64,000 nucleotides of DNA from an uncultured Eubacteriales bacterium (GCA_964449165.1 CAYVAT010000001.1:79159-143158), one strand, 5' to 3'. Positions 9,720 to 20,477 are shown, numbered from the stretch's first letter. Translations and numbers: made by a program. Notes: a model not told the origin generated them from the letters alone.

Positions 9720-10934
9720 TTACTTCTCGAGTATCGAAGCGGCCACCACATTGGCCACTCGGCTGCGTATGGAGACGATATTCCCTTTGTCTTCGGGATG
9801 CACACTGTTGGTCAAGAATATGACGATTGTCTCGGTGTCAGGGTCGATGATCAAAGACGTGCCCGTATATCCGGTGTGACCGAAGGCGTTCGGTCCGAAC
9901 AGGTCGCCTTGATTGGTTGAATAGTCAGACTCCAGGTCCCAGCCCAGTCCGCGTCCGGCAAAGTCCGTTATGCTGTAAATTTCCGTCATCCTCTCCACGG
10001 CCAAAGGGCTCAGGATGCGCACTCCTTTGAATTCTCCCTTGTTGAGCATCATCTGGGCAAAGACAGCCAGATCATCTGCCGTCGAAAACAGACCTGCATT
10101 TCCCGAGACACCTCCCAACAATCTGGCCAAAGGATCGTGAACGACTCCGACAAGCGGCTCTCCGTCGTACACCTGTGTCGGGACACATCGAGCAAGGAAT
10201 CTTTCAGGCGGCACAAACATCGTGTGATCCATTTTCAGCGGTTTAAAAATATTTTCCCTGGCAAATTCCGCGATATTTTTTCCCGAGACTTTCTTTACAA
10301 CATAAGAGAGAATGATGAAGCCCAGACAGCTGTAATGGAACTCTTCACCCGGAGCGCTCAGCTTATCCAATCGGGCGATGTGTTCAACCATGGATTCCAG
10401 AGCCACCGGATTCCCATATTTTTCTTCTACTTCCTTCACATCGGTATAAGGGGGGAGACCGGATGTATGAGTGAGAAGATGCCACAAGCGTGCCTGCTCC
10501 CCTTTTTTCCCTTCTTCATCAACATAGACCGAAAACAGAGGAACAAAATCCGTTACTTTGTCCCACAACCGGATCTTTCCCCTTTCCACAAGGATCATCA
10601 CCGATGTGGCGGTGGCGATCGGCTTGGTGATCGATGCCATATCGAACATCATCGAGATACCCATCGGAGCCCATTCCGGAATCCATTGACTGTGTCCAAA
10701 AGCCTTGCGCCAGACTATCTTCCCTTTTCTCGCGACGAGTATCACAGCTCCCGGAAAGTCTTTGCGCTCGATGGCTTCCCTGATGATTCCATCCACGCGG
10801 GAAAGCTGAGCTGTCGACATTCCCACGGATTCTGGTCTGGAGTGAGGCAGAAATTCTGTTTTAACTTTGCATACGCTGAGAAAGATAAAGGTAAGCGAAA
10901 AAAACATAAAGAATTTTTTCAGGCTCGGTTTCAT
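9720..10934 (-). CDS. Secreted serine hydrolase, beta-lactamase/PBP (S12) family
   Basis: Signal peptide and an SxxK motif (SITK). Length 404 aa fits class-C beta-lactamase-like hydrolases. Confidence 0.75.
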   Translation of the reverse strand: MKPSLKKFFMFFSLTFIFLSVCKVKTEFLPHSRPESVGMSTAQLSRVDGIIREAIERKDFPGAVILVARKGKIVWRKAFGHSQWIPEWAPMGISMMFDMASITKPIATATSVMILVERGKIRLWDKVTDFVPLFSVYVDEEGKKGEQARLWHLLTHTSGLPPYTDVKEVEEKYGNPVALESMVEHIARLDKLSAPGEEFHYSCLGFIILSYVVKKVSGKNIAEFARENIFKPLKMDHTMFVPPERFLARCVPTQVYDGEPLVGVVHDPLARLLGGVSGNAGLFSTADDLAVFAQMMLNKGEFKGVRILSPLAVERMTEIYSITDFAGRGLGWDLESDYSTNQGDLFGPNAFGHTGYTGTSLIIDPDTETIVIFLTNSVHPEDKGNIVSIRSRVANVVAASILEK

Positions 10935-11516
10935 TTGGACGCCTCGTATTAATCAATCAAAAAACATATAACAGAGAATCACCCACGGTGTCAAAACCTG
11001 AAAAATTTAAGACGGGCTTAAGATTTTCTGTTTAGAACATGACCAGTATTTCGATGGGAGCAGGAACTGCTTTCAGCTATCAGGTACGGAAGGGTATTTT
11101 CGTATTAATAGCGATTGCGTTTAACTTCAATCCGTAAAAGCAAAAAATGAGGACTTCGAAGCTTAAAAGCCTAAAAAAATCCAAAAAATTGGAATTGATT
11201 CAATATTTTGGATTTATTACTCTCTGAATAAATATAAGAATAAATGTAAATGATTATTTATAAATAACTTAGACTGTCATTGTTATTGGCATGGATTTTG
11301 CATCTCTAAATTTAAATAATAAATTATACTTTATACAGTATTATGCCCACAAAAAGAAAAAAAATTTATGTAAAGGGGGTGATAAAAAGAGAAAGGTAAG
11401 AAAACAAATTTCTTTAGTTCTCCATAACCTTTTTCTAAAAGGCGGGAGAGGGCATCCTGTGAAAGCAGGATAAGGTTGAAAAAACTAACAAGTCAAAAAG
11501 AATTAAGGAGGAGAAA
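10935..11516. promoter_or_regulatory. 580-bp AT-rich leader/promoter region upstream of the outer-membrane receptor gene
   Basis: Strong drop in GC with A/T runs. It contains a hairpin atcctg-tgaaag-caggat. An AAGGAGGAG ribosome-binding site precedes a TTG start at 11517. Confidence 0.3.
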
Positions 11517-14500
11517 TTGGCAAGAAAATCAATTAAAGTCCTGATGGTTGCTTTACTCACCATCGGACTTGCCTCTTTCTTAGGTGCTCAAGGAAAACTG
11601 ACAGGCACAATTTCAGGTACAATCCTCGATAACGAGGGGAACTCTCTTCCTGGCTGCACGGTTACTGTAACAGGGGTTGCCTTACAGGGTAAGATGACGT
11701 TTGTGACAACTGAAGCTGGAGCCTTCCGCTTCCCTGCTCTTCCTCCTGGCACAGGTTATACCCTAACCTTAGAGATGCCGGGCTTCAAGACTGTCCTCAG
11801 AAAAGGCTTAAACGTCAGTATCGGTAAAGACACAAATGTTGTGATCAACATGGAAGTGACCACGATAGAAGAAGAAGTGACAGTTATCGGAGTATCCCCT
11901 ACAGTAGACGTCAAAACATCCAAAACAGCTGTTAACTACTCCAAGAATTATATCTATAACATTCCCATGGCCAGAGACCTTTATGATGTTCTCAATTCTA
12001 TTCCTGGCTCTGTTTCCGAAGATGTGAGCTATCGGCGAACATCCTACATTTCTGGAGGCACGGTTAGAGGCAATCAGTATTCAGTTGACGGAGTTAGCAT
12101 CAACGATCCTGTGGTCATGTACCCCATGACCAACATCAACATCGATGTTTATGAAGAAGTGGAGTTTGGATTAGGGGGCTATCCGGCAGAAGTGGGTATT
12201 GCCGACGGCGGATTCGTTAACATCGTCACAAAATCCGGAGGAAACGAGTTCCACGGCGGAGCCACAGTTGAATATTACAACAAAGACATGCAGAAAAGTC
12301 TTTTGAGCGCGGAAGACCTAGAGGCTGTAGGCCTGACAAAACCTGCTGGCTGGAATACATGGCAAGACTTCGCCTTATCCGTAGGCGGCCCTATCATTAA
12401 AGACCGCCTGTGGTTTTTCACCAACGGCCGGTTTTTCAAATGGGAGCGGGATTTTAACCACATTATTTGGGATGACACTATAGCTGCTGGGACAAGGGTT
12501 TATACTCTGGATGCTGCTCCCCACGATGAATACGACATATTCGGCAAATTAACCTTCCAGCTCGCTTCCAACGTTCGCCTGATGACAACCTATAACTTAG
12601 CTATTATCGACGAGCAGTTCTACACCAACCGCATCGGATCTAACCTGGATGTGACCTCTACTACAAGATGGGACCACGAAATGGGACATACCATAAGCTC
12701 CCAGCTCAACTGGGTATTAAGCCAGAACATGTTCGTCGATGCCCGCGTGGGATATATCAGACGCTTTTTCCCTATTCCCTACAGCGAATTCGCCATTTCA
12801 GATGCTCCCCAGCTCTACGACAGATACTATGGAATTTACAGGAATAACCCCCGCTTCGAGGAAACTTATCTTCGCCACAGGTTTAACCCTTCAGTTGCTA
12901 TTACTTTATTCCAAGATGATCTTCTCGGTGCCAGCCATGAAATAAAAATAGGGGCTGAATACGAATGGACAGATGGAAACTGGGATTGGTGGAGAGAAAA
13001 TCCTTGGCTAATTTATACTTACGAAGGAGGTCCTTCCTATCCTACTTCTACAGAGCCTTATAGATACCGTCTCTACAATCGTATCTGTGGAGGAACGGAA
13101 GGCTCTACTGTCGAATCAGAGAGTATGAAACATTATGGCTTCTTCATCCAGGACAGCGTGACAATAAAGAGCCGCCTGACTTTGAACTTGGGAATACGGT
13201 TTGATACAAGCACAGGAAGATTCAACGACCAGCATCACAGCGCAACCCAAGATCCTTACGGCGTTCTTCCTTTACTGTTAGCTGCAGACCCAACAACAGT
13301 TTACGATGAGTGGGATATTCCAGGAGAAAATGTCCTGACATGGAGTCATCTCTCACCACGTCTTGGATTCTCCTTTGATGTTTTTGGAGACGGCAAGACT
13401 TCGATTAGGGGTTCCTGGTCAAGGTACAACGAATACCTGATGATCCAGTACTTCTCCCTTGCCAACCCCATGTATCCAAATAGCGGTGGTTGGTACTGGT
13501 ACGACGATAACAATAATTTCGTTATTGAACCTACGGATAGATTCTCGATGCGTTACTTGCCGACTGACCCCCGTGTCTATACTCTAGAAGACGAGATTAA
13601 CCTCGATGCAAACGCTCCTTACACGGATGAATTCACCTTCGGAATAGAAAGAGAAATGGCAAAAGACTTAAGCATTGGCCTCACCTTCACCTACAAGCGC
13701 AAAACAAACATCTTTGAAGATGTCAATGATTTCGGATTAGGAAAGGATTTAGCCTGGCAGGGTTACCGTCCGAACAGTCCTTACTGGACACAGTTTACCT
13801 TCAATGATCCTGGAGACGACGGTGAATTCGGAACAGCTGATGACATCACATCCTCCTGTTATGCTCGTCTTGCCAACGCCCCTGATATCCACTATTTTCT
13901 GACAAACGTTGAGGGCGGCTATCGAAAATACTCGGCTCTTCAGCTCATCGTCAACAAGAGAATGTCCAACCGCTGGCAGCTTCTTGGGTCTATAACCTGG
14001 AGTAAATCCTGGGGCAACATCGGTGGTGATTACGGCAGTTCCTACGGCGCCAGTGGTACTTTTGACACTCCTAACTCCTTTATCTATGAAGGCGGAAGGC
14101 TTGACTATGACCGTCCCCTCAACATCAAGATCCAGAGCACTGTTATTCTCCCCTACGACTTCGTCCTCAGCACCTACTTCAACCACCTGAGCGGTTCGCC
14201 CTTTAGGAGAACCGTTACAGTCTATATTCCTGAGAATGACATGTACTGGGATCCTGGCGAGGCAATTTCCGTTCCTACTGAACTCGGCGGAACCAGACGC
14301 AATGCACCTGTGACAACCCTTGACCTGAGGCTGGAAAAGAGATTCCGCCTTGGCGAGATTGGGACTATAGGCGGCTACGTCGATATTATCAATGCCCTAG
14401 GCAGAAGCGGCTATAATATCACCTCTAACCCTGGCGGCTATGTTGATTACTCGGATCCTTCGAACCCGACTTTTGAAAGATTCGGAAATTACGGCGATAT

Positions 14501-14555
14501 CACCGGCGCTTACGGAAACAGAGTGTTCAAGGTCAGCCTGCGCTTTACCTTCTAA
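11517..14555 (+). CDS. TonB-dependent-receptor-like outer-membrane beta-barrel protein with N-terminal carboxypeptidase-regulatory-like domain
   Basis: Signal peptide, then a CarbopepD_reg-like Ig domain (GTISGTILDNEGNSLPGCTVTVTG). 1012 aa, with a C-terminal ...LRFTF ending in aromatic Phe typical of OMP barrels. TTG start with a strong SD. Confidence 0.7.
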   Translation: MARKSIKVLMVALLTIGLASFLGAQGKLTGTISGTILDNEGNSLPGCTVTVTGVALQGKMTFVTTEAGAFRFPALPPGTGYTLTLEMPGFKTVLRKGLNVSIGKDTNVVINMEVTTIEEEVTVIGVSPTVDVKTSKTAVNYSKNYIYNIPMARDLYDVLNSIPGSVSEDVSYRRTSYISGGTVRGNQYSVDGVSINDPVVMYPMTNINIDVYEEVEFGLGGYPAEVGIADGGFVNIVTKSGGNEFHGGATVEYYNKDMQKSLLSAEDLEAVGLTKPAGWNTWQDFALSVGGPIIKDRLWFFTNGRFFKWERDFNHIIWDDTIAAGTRVYTLDAAPHDEYDIFGKLTFQLASNVRLMTTYNLAIIDEQFYTNRIGSNLDVTSTTRWDHEMGHTISSQLNWVLSQNMFVDARVGYIRRFFPIPYSEFAISDAPQLYDRYYGIYRNNPRFEETYLRHRFNPSVAITLFQDDLLGASHEIKIGAEYEWTDGNWDWWRENPWLIYTYEGGPSYPTSTEPYRYRLYNRICGGTEGSTVESESMKHYGFFIQDSVTIKSRLTLNLGIRFDTSTGRFNDQHHSATQDPYGVLPLLLAADPTTVYDEWDIPGENVLTWSHLSPRLGFSFDVFGDGKTSIRGSWSRYNEYLMIQYFSLANPMYPNSGGWYWYDDNNNFVIEPTDRFSMRYLPTDPRVYTLEDEINLDANAPYTDEFTFGIEREMAKDLSIGLTFTYKRKTNIFEDVNDFGLGKDLAWQGYRPNSPYWTQFTFNDPGDDGEFGTADDITSSCYARLANAPDIHYFLTNVEGGYRKYSALQLIVNKRMSNRWQLLGSITWSKSWGNIGGDYGSSYGASGTFDTPNSFIYEGGRLDYDRPLNIKIQSTVILPYDFVLSTYFNHLSGSPFRRTVTVYIPENDMYWDPGEAISVPTELGGTRRNAPVTTLDLRLEKRFRLGEIGTIGGYVDIINALGRSGYNITSNPGGYVDYSDPSNPTFERFGNYGDITGAYGNRVFKVSLRFTF

Positions 14556-14588
14556 GTAGAAACAAACACAAGCTCAAGCAGATAATCA

Positions 14589-14621
14589 AAGAGGGGAGGA
14601 TTTCCTCCCCTCTTTTTTTTT
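14589..14621 (+). terminator. Rho-independent terminator (9-bp GC-rich stem, U9 tail)
   Basis: aaGAGGGGAGGatttCCTCCCCTCttttttttt lies 35 nt after the stop of the receptor gene. Confidence 0.65.
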
Positions 14622-14761
14622 AAAAAAGGGAAAAGATTCTTACATCTTTTTCGCCTGAAGCTGAAATTCAGCCTCGCTGAAAAATTATTTTGAAATAGTT
14701 AAAATTTGGGATTAAAATAATACAGAAATAGCGATATCAAACCATCGAACCACCAATCGAA

Positions 14762-16906
14762 ATGAAAAAAAATTGTTTTTTTCCTTCTTGCTTTTTGTCT
14801 TATCTTTTTCTAAGTTTACTTTTACCTTTTTCTCCTCTGTACTCTAGCCAAAATAAACAAGAAGATAAACTAAATTTTCTCCTCATTACGATTGATACCC
14901 TAAGACCAGATAGGTTGAGCTGTTACAGCAGCAGACACCTGAAAACACCGAACATTGACGATTTAGCCAGCAGAGGAACTTTATTCTTGAAAGCATTTGC
15001 CCACACTTCTACTACCTTGCCTTCCCATACAAATATTCTTTTAGGTACTATGCCTCTCTATCATGGAGTTCATGAAAATTCCAATTTTATCGTTAGAGAG
15101 CAATTTTTAACCTTAGCCGAGCATTTAAAGAATCATGGCTATTCCGCAGCCGCTTTTGTGGGTGCCTATCCCCTTGATTCAAGATTTGGACTTGCTCAGG
15201 GCTTTGATGTCTACGATGATAATTATGATACCAGGCGCACCGAGCAGAGCGATATTGGAGAAAGAAAGGCGGAAGTTGTTGTGAAAGGTGCTCTGGAGTG
15301 GTTAAATGGCCAGAAATCTCCCTGGTTTTTGTGGATTCATTGTTGGGATCCTCACGATCCCTATGAACCTCCAGAGCCTTACAAGACTCAATACGAGAAA
15401 CATCCTTATGACGGAGAAGTTGCTTACGTCGACTTTGTTTTGGGAAAGCTTCTCCTTCATCTGAAAAAAAATGATCTGTCTGAGCAGACTATGATTATTT
15501 TTACTGGAGATCATGGAGAGTCACTGGGGGAACACGATGAAAAGACTCATGGTTTTTTTGCTTACAATTCGACAATCTGGGTGCCTCTCATCATTTCTGT
15601 TCCTGGTATAAAAGCTGGGGAAGTTCATCAAAATGTCATGCATGTGGATATATTCCCTACAGTTTGTGATGTTCTTAAAATCGAAAAGCCATCGTTTCTC
15701 CAAGGCATTTCACTTCTACCTGCCTTAAAAGGCAAGAAGCTTCCAAAGAGAAACATATATTTTGAGTCACTCTCTCCTTATTACAGCAAAGGTTGGGCGC
15801 CGTTGAGGGGCTATATTTATGGCAAGGAAAAGTTTATAGAATCACCTATTCCTGAGCTCTATAACTTAGAGAAAGATTTTAATGAACTTGAAAATCTGGC
15901 TGAACGAGAAAAATTAGATAAGTACAGAAAAAAACTTAATCAAATTATCAAAAAACAATCCCTGAATGAAAATATTAAGGCAGAACAGAGGATAGATAAA
16001 GAATCTCTGGAAATATTGAAGAGCCTGGGATATGTCTCAAGCTCTCGTGTCCCAAAAAAAGAAAGTTATAGCCCTGATGAAGATGTAAAAGTCCTTCTTC
16101 CCTATCATTACAAATGCGCGAAGGCCATGGATGTTTATTACAAGGATCACAAATTTAGCGAGGGAATCGAGCTCCTGAGAGAGGTTATTACTGAGAGAAA
16201 AGACATTTCCACAGCCTATATAAACCTATCCGAACTTTATAGAGATCAGGGAAGGTTGACCGATGCTCTCGAGACTCTGAAGCTGGGGCTTGGATTCATT
16301 CCCCAAAATTATGAAATTCTATCCACATATGTTCAGTATCTAGTGGAAGCTGTTCAGTATGATGAGGCTATTGATGTTTTCGCCGCAAAGAGTTCACCTC
16401 AAATGGAGTATGATCCTGAAATATGGAATTATATAGGTCTTGCATATTGGCACAAAGGAAATTTCGAGATGGCTTTAAATGCTTTTGAGAAATCTATCTC
16501 GATAGATAATAAATATCCTATCGCCTTTAATAATCTTGGGGCCCTTCACTATTCCATCTTCCTGAAGACAAAAGATTTAGAAGCTTACAAAAAATCAGTG
16601 CAGAATTTTAAAAAGGCTATTGAGCTCGACCCTTATTATTCAACCGCTTTTCAAGGATTAGGAGTTGCTTATGCCCAAGTCGGCGATTTTGAAGAGGCGA
16701 TCAGCTGCTTGGAGAAAGCATTGGAATTAAGGCCTGATTTTGATCAAGCTGTTTATGATTTAGGTATAGTCTATATGAAAAATGGCGAAACAATCAAAGC
16801 TTACGACTGTTTCATCAAAATAAAAGCAAGCCCGTATTATCAGCTTCTTTCACCTGGGGCGAGGGAAAAATTGGACGTTCTAATCCAAAGAACTAAGCCT
16901 AAATAA
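14762..16906 (+). CDS. Sulfatase-like hydrolase/transferase (alkaline-phosphatase superfamily) fused to C-terminal TPR repeats
   Basis: N-terminal LLITIDTLRPDRLSCY (the DTLR-type motif of sulfatase-like enzymes; no C/S-x-P-x-R FGly motif is visible). The C-terminal ~280 aa are TPR-like. Signal peptide present. Confidence 0.7.
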   Translation: MKKNCFFPSCFLSYLFLSLLLPFSPLYSSQNKQEDKLNFLLITIDTLRPDRLSCYSSRHLKTPNIDDLASRGTLFLKAFAHTSTTLPSHTNILLGTMPLYHGVHENSNFIVREQFLTLAEHLKNHGYSAAAFVGAYPLDSRFGLAQGFDVYDDNYDTRRTEQSDIGERKAEVVVKGALEWLNGQKSPWFLWIHCWDPHDPYEPPEPYKTQYEKHPYDGEVAYVDFVLGKLLLHLKKNDLSEQTMIIFTGDHGESLGEHDEKTHGFFAYNSTIWVPLIISVPGIKAGEVHQNVMHVDIFPTVCDVLKIEKPSFLQGISLLPALKGKKLPKRNIYFESLSPYYSKGWAPLRGYIYGKEKFIESPIPELYNLEKDFNELENLAEREKLDKYRKKLNQIIKKQSLNENIKAEQRIDKESLEILKSLGYVSSSRVPKKESYSPDEDVKVLLPYHYKCAKAMDVYYKDHKFSEGIELLREVITERKDISTAYINLSELYRDQGRLTDALETLKLGLGFIPQNYEILSTYVQYLVEAVQYDEAIDVFAAKSSPQMEYDPEIWNYIGLAYWHKGNFEMALNAFEKSISIDNKYPIAFNNLGALHYSIFLKTKDLEAYKKSVQNFKKAIELDPYYSTAFQGLGVAYAQVGDFEEAISCLEKALELRPDFDQAVYDLGIVYMKNGETIKAYDCFIKIKASPYYQLLSPGAREKLDVLIQRTKPK

Positions 16907-17005
16907 TAGGGAAAAAAGGTTCTTACTTTACCCCTTTTGATGTTGCGAACTTAAGAAAGCTGAGGTATGATCAAAATTAAAGTAAAGATTTAAGCAGGAG
17001 GAAAA

Positions 17006-18052
17006 ATGAAAAAGATTTCAGGTGCCATAAAATTAATAATCTGCTGGAGCCTCTGCCTTCTGTTTGTTTTCTGCGCCGGTAAAGGTCCTGGGAAATTATC
17101 CCTTGATCCCACAAGTCAGAAGTTCCTGGATAACATAAGCTACATCATTCTTCCTGTCGAAGAGAAAATATTCAGAGAAATGCCTTCCGAAGATAGGGGA
17201 GAGTTTATCCGGGATTTCTGGGCGAGGCGAGACCCAGATCCTTCTACTCCGGTCAACGAATTCCGCCAGGCTTATTACGCCCGCTTAGCCACAGCCGATA
17301 AAACCTTTCGGGCAGGAATGCCCGGCCGGAAGACAGACAGGGGAAGAATTTACATTCTTCTGGGTCCTCCGACAAACATCATTAGAAAAGCGATGGGGGA
17401 TGTTCCTTACGAAGCAGGCAAATATGTCAAAGCAAGTACCCTTGAAACAGGAACTTTAACAGAAAGGCCGACTGAAATCTGGGTCTATGATCAATACCCT
17501 GAATATTTTTCAGGCCCGTTGCGCCTTATTTTCGTCGACTATAACAGCACCGGCAACTATAAACTAACTACAAACATAGAGATTACTCCTTTTTCCATGG
17601 TTTCACCGACATGGGATGAGCCTGACTTGGCAAAATATCATTTGCTAGGCGAGATTGAGAGGGACGAACGAAGTCTGGGTGAGCTTGGAATTTTTGACTA
17701 TGATGTTTCGGCGGATGTCATTAGAATAAAAGACAGCTCTTCTGCTTCGATTTTTATCAAAATCCCCTATGCCAGGTTGGATTATCGACAGGAAGGGGAA
17801 AACTATTCCTGTGATTTATTGATCTCCGCTGAAGTAAGGGATAGTCAACAGAGGATCCTCGCCAGAAAAGAGGAACCCTTTTCCCTGACTTTTTCTAGAG
17901 AACGACTAAAGGAGATGATCGCCAATAAAATGTCTTTCGATAAAGTATGGGAGCTTGACCTTCCCTTAGAGAGTGAGTTTATCTATTTTAGCCTGACCGA
18001 TAATGTTAGAGGAAAAAGACTGCGCAAGCTGCTCCGAACAAAAGGGAGCTGA
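17006..18052 (+). CDS. Hypothetical lipoprotein/secreted protein
   Basis: Signal peptide with Cys (LFVFCAG), an AGGAGG ribosome-binding site, and coding periodicity. No family recognised. Confidence 0.5.
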   Translation: MKKISGAIKLIICWSLCLLFVFCAGKGPGKLSLDPTSQKFLDNISYIILPVEEKIFREMPSEDRGEFIRDFWARRDPDPSTPVNEFRQAYYARLATADKTFRAGMPGRKTDRGRIYILLGPPTNIIRKAMGDVPYEAGKYVKASTLETGTLTERPTEIWVYDQYPEYFSGPLRLIFVDYNSTGNYKLTTNIEITPFSMVSPTWDEPDLAKYHLLGEIERDERSLGELGIFDYDVSADVIRIKDSSSASIFIKIPYARLDYRQEGENYSCDLLISAEVRDSQQRILARKEEPFSLTFSRERLKEMIANKMSFDKVWELDLPLESEFIYFSLTDNVRGKRLRKLLRTKGS

Positions 18053-18059
18053 ATAGTCC

Positions 18060-19058
18060 TTATTGTTTCTTGATTAATTCTTCCACCTTAAGAATCAGGT
18101 TCTGGATTGTTTCGGCCTGAGGGTCATCAGGAGCCAATTCTAAAAATTTCTTAAGGCTCTCTATAGCCAGCTTATATTCGCCCCTATTCAAGTAAGCATA
18201 GCCTAACTTCTGGTAGGGAGCTGCCCAGTTCTCTTTGACTTGAGCAGCTAATTTGAAATATTCAATTGCTTTGTCTGTCTCTCCTTGATTGAAGTATATT
18301 TCTCCGATATTGAAAGGTATGGTTTCATCTCCCGGAAAAATATCTATAGCCTGTTTTAAATATTCCCTGGCTTTCTCAAGGTCACCCTTCTTAATATAGC
18401 ATTCGCCCAAGCTTATCAGAGCTCTGGCAGCACTTTCATCACCTTCAATAGAGCCTTTTTCTTCCTTCACCTTGTTCAAGATCTCATTGAAGGCTTCGAT
18501 CGCTTTATCATACTCGCCCATTTCCTGGTAACAACTGCCGATATTAATATTGACCTGATAAATGGTAGGATTACTCTCAAGAAATTCCTTATACTTTACC
18601 ACTGCCTCGCTGTATTTTTTCTGTTCATAAAGCTCGTTGCCTTCCTCAAAAATCGGAATAGTCTCTTCGTCCTGAATAGCTGGCATATTCACTCCAGTCG
18701 TTTGAATCTTTCTCAAGATAAACTCGAGTGGAGGATTTTTACTCGAAAATTGACTGATACTCATCTCATGGTAGGTCGTTCCATATCCTTCTTTGCTCAC
18801 CGTAATCCGGAAAAAACCTGTTCCTAGACCAGCAATAGCCCAATGTCCCTTATCGTCAGATTCACCCTCAAACTTGGTACCGTACCTAAGATGCTGGGCG
18901 ACAACTTTAGCTCCTTCTATCGGATTTCCCGCTTCATCTTGAACTGTCCCCCGAATCCTTCCCTTCCCTCGGCCCTGCTGGCCGAGAAGAGTTAAAGTCA
19001 AGCTCAGGCTTAGAAGAAAGACAAGGAAGATTATGGATATGTTTTTATTTCTCACCAT
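18060..19058 (-). CDS. Carboxypeptidase-regulatory-like domain plus TPR repeat protein
   Basis: N-terminal GRIRGTVQDEAGNPIEGAKVV...GHWAIAGLGTGFFRITVSKEGYG (CarbopepD_reg-like). The C-terminal half is TPR-like repeats. Signal peptide present. Confidence 0.6.
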   Translation of the reverse strand: MVRNKNISIIFLVFLLSLSLTLTLLGQQGRGKGRIRGTVQDEAGNPIEGAKVVAQHLRYGTKFEGESDDKGHWAIAGLGTGFFRITVSKEGYGTTYHEMSISQFSSKNPPLEFILRKIQTTGVNMPAIQDEETIPIFEEGNELYEQKKYSEAVVKYKEFLESNPTIYQVNINIGSCYQEMGEYDKAIEAFNEILNKVKEEKGSIEGDESAARALISLGECYIKKGDLEKAREYLKQAIDIFPGDETIPFNIGEIYFNQGETDKAIEYFKLAAQVKENWAAPYQKLGYAYLNRGEYKLAIESLKKFLELAPDDPQAETIQNLILKVEELIKKQ

Positions 19059-19244
19059 ACGCTCCTTTAATCGCTCAGAAAGTTATTTTAATTTATGCCA
19101 CCTGAAAATTCAACTCTGTTTTTACTAACCTTGGGACTCAATTAACCTGATATTTTGATGACTTGATTGATAAAAAGAAATCCTCTCTCTCTTCACTTAC
19201 TCCAGATGACAATCTTTCTTAATAGCAGAACTTAAAAGTATAAC

Positions 19245-20225
19245 TTAGGATTCAACCTTACATTGAAAGTCAAATCCAACCTCGGGGAAAGGGTCGACGA
19301 GAATGAGGGGAATTGTTTTGGGAGAATATTTCTCTGGCTTAATTTTCAAGCCAATCTTGTCAAACTGTTCCTGGGCTTTTTCTTCCTGGCCAAGGTGAAA
19401 ATAAGCTCTTCCTGAATTTTTAAGTGAATTTACTTCCTCAGGATTTTCTGCCAGAATTTCTTGCCAGATTTCAAGAGCTTTGTTGTAATTTCCCTGGTTA
19501 TAATAAACGATTGCTAAATTTTGTTTGGCCCAAATCATGGTTTCTGAAATCCGAGAAAAGCTTTCAATGGCTTGAGCATCTTCCTTCAGATAATAAACAA
19601 CATAGCCTTTCATGAAGCTCAATTCATCACTTTCTTTCTCACTCTTGAGGAGCTCCTCGAGCTCTTTTTTTGCCTTCTTGTATTCCTTAAGAAAGGAGTA
19701 GACCACGAGAAGCTGCTCTCTCGTCTTGATTTCTGGATACTTGTATTTTAAAGCCTCGCTAAATCTTTTACTGGCATTTTTATAATCTTTGTTCTTCTTA
19801 TAAAGCATTCCCAAAGCAAATTTCAGAACTCCTGTTCTTTCTTTGGTGAATACCACAGCCGAACTCCCGCTGAGGTAAGCATCTTCCTGGCCAAAGCTAT
19901 CCATCCTCTTTCCTGCCGATATAGTACTCTTTGCTTTTTCTAACCTTTCAGTTTCAAACTCGACTTTACTCAATGTCTTTAATGAATTTTGAAAATCACC
20001 CTTAAGATAATAGGCCAAACCTAGATAGAGATGGCAGTCGTAGTTGCGGGGATATCTTTTGAGTTTTCTGTTTAAAAGAAGAATGGCTTGATCGATTTTG
20101 CCCTGTTCCAGATACTTACAGGCCCTATTCTCTTCTAAGTACATCTGCTGAGCAGAGCTAAGCGGGATTTCAATCCAAAAAGCCAATAAAACCATTCCCA
20201 CCAATAGAATTAAAAGCTTTTTCAT
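19245..20225 (-). CDS. TPR repeat protein, secreted
   Basis: Signal peptide and repeated 34-aa TPR-like units (..YNQGNYNKALEIWQEIL..). Confidence 0.6.
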   Translation of the reverse strand: MKKLLILLVGMVLLAFWIEIPLSSAQQMYLEENRACKYLEQGKIDQAILLLNRKLKRYPRNYDCHLYLGLAYYLKGDFQNSLKTLSKVEFETERLEKAKSTISAGKRMDSFGQEDAYLSGSSAVVFTKERTGVLKFALGMLYKKNKDYKNASKRFSEALKYKYPEIKTREQLLVVYSFLKEYKKAKKELEELLKSEKESDELSFMKGYVVYYLKEDAQAIESFSRISETMIWAKQNLAIVYYNQGNYNKALEIWQEILAENPEEVNSLKNSGRAYFHLGQEEKAQEQFDKIGLKIKPEKYSPKTIPLILVDPFPEVGFDFQCKVES

Positions 20226-20477
20226 ATTTTCCCTCCTTTAAGGTTTAAGATCAGGCTTTTATTGTTTTTATTATACTAGCTCCAATCTAAATTGTGAAGG
20301 TAAAGCAGGCTTTTTTTGCATCTCCTCGGCTCCCATAAGGAGTGCGTGCTGGATAAGCTGCGGTGGGAGAGGCCTAACCCAACTTGCCCGACATTAAACT
20401 GGACTCATGTCAACCGTTTCAAAGAGAAAGCAAACCTTTAGACTCCCTAATTTTTACCGAACCAGAAATTGCTGTTT

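Noticed and set aside
7943-10952. ORFs 7943-8467(-), 8493-8747(-), 9057-9668(-), 10137-10952(+)
   Set aside because: They are antisense to the MFS, M24 and S12 hydrolase genes, which have clear motifs and ribosome-binding sites.
11291-11473. 60-aa ORF in AT-rich leader
   Set aside because: Lys-rich low-complexity translation of A-runs, no RBS, and it lies within a probable promoter or UTR region.
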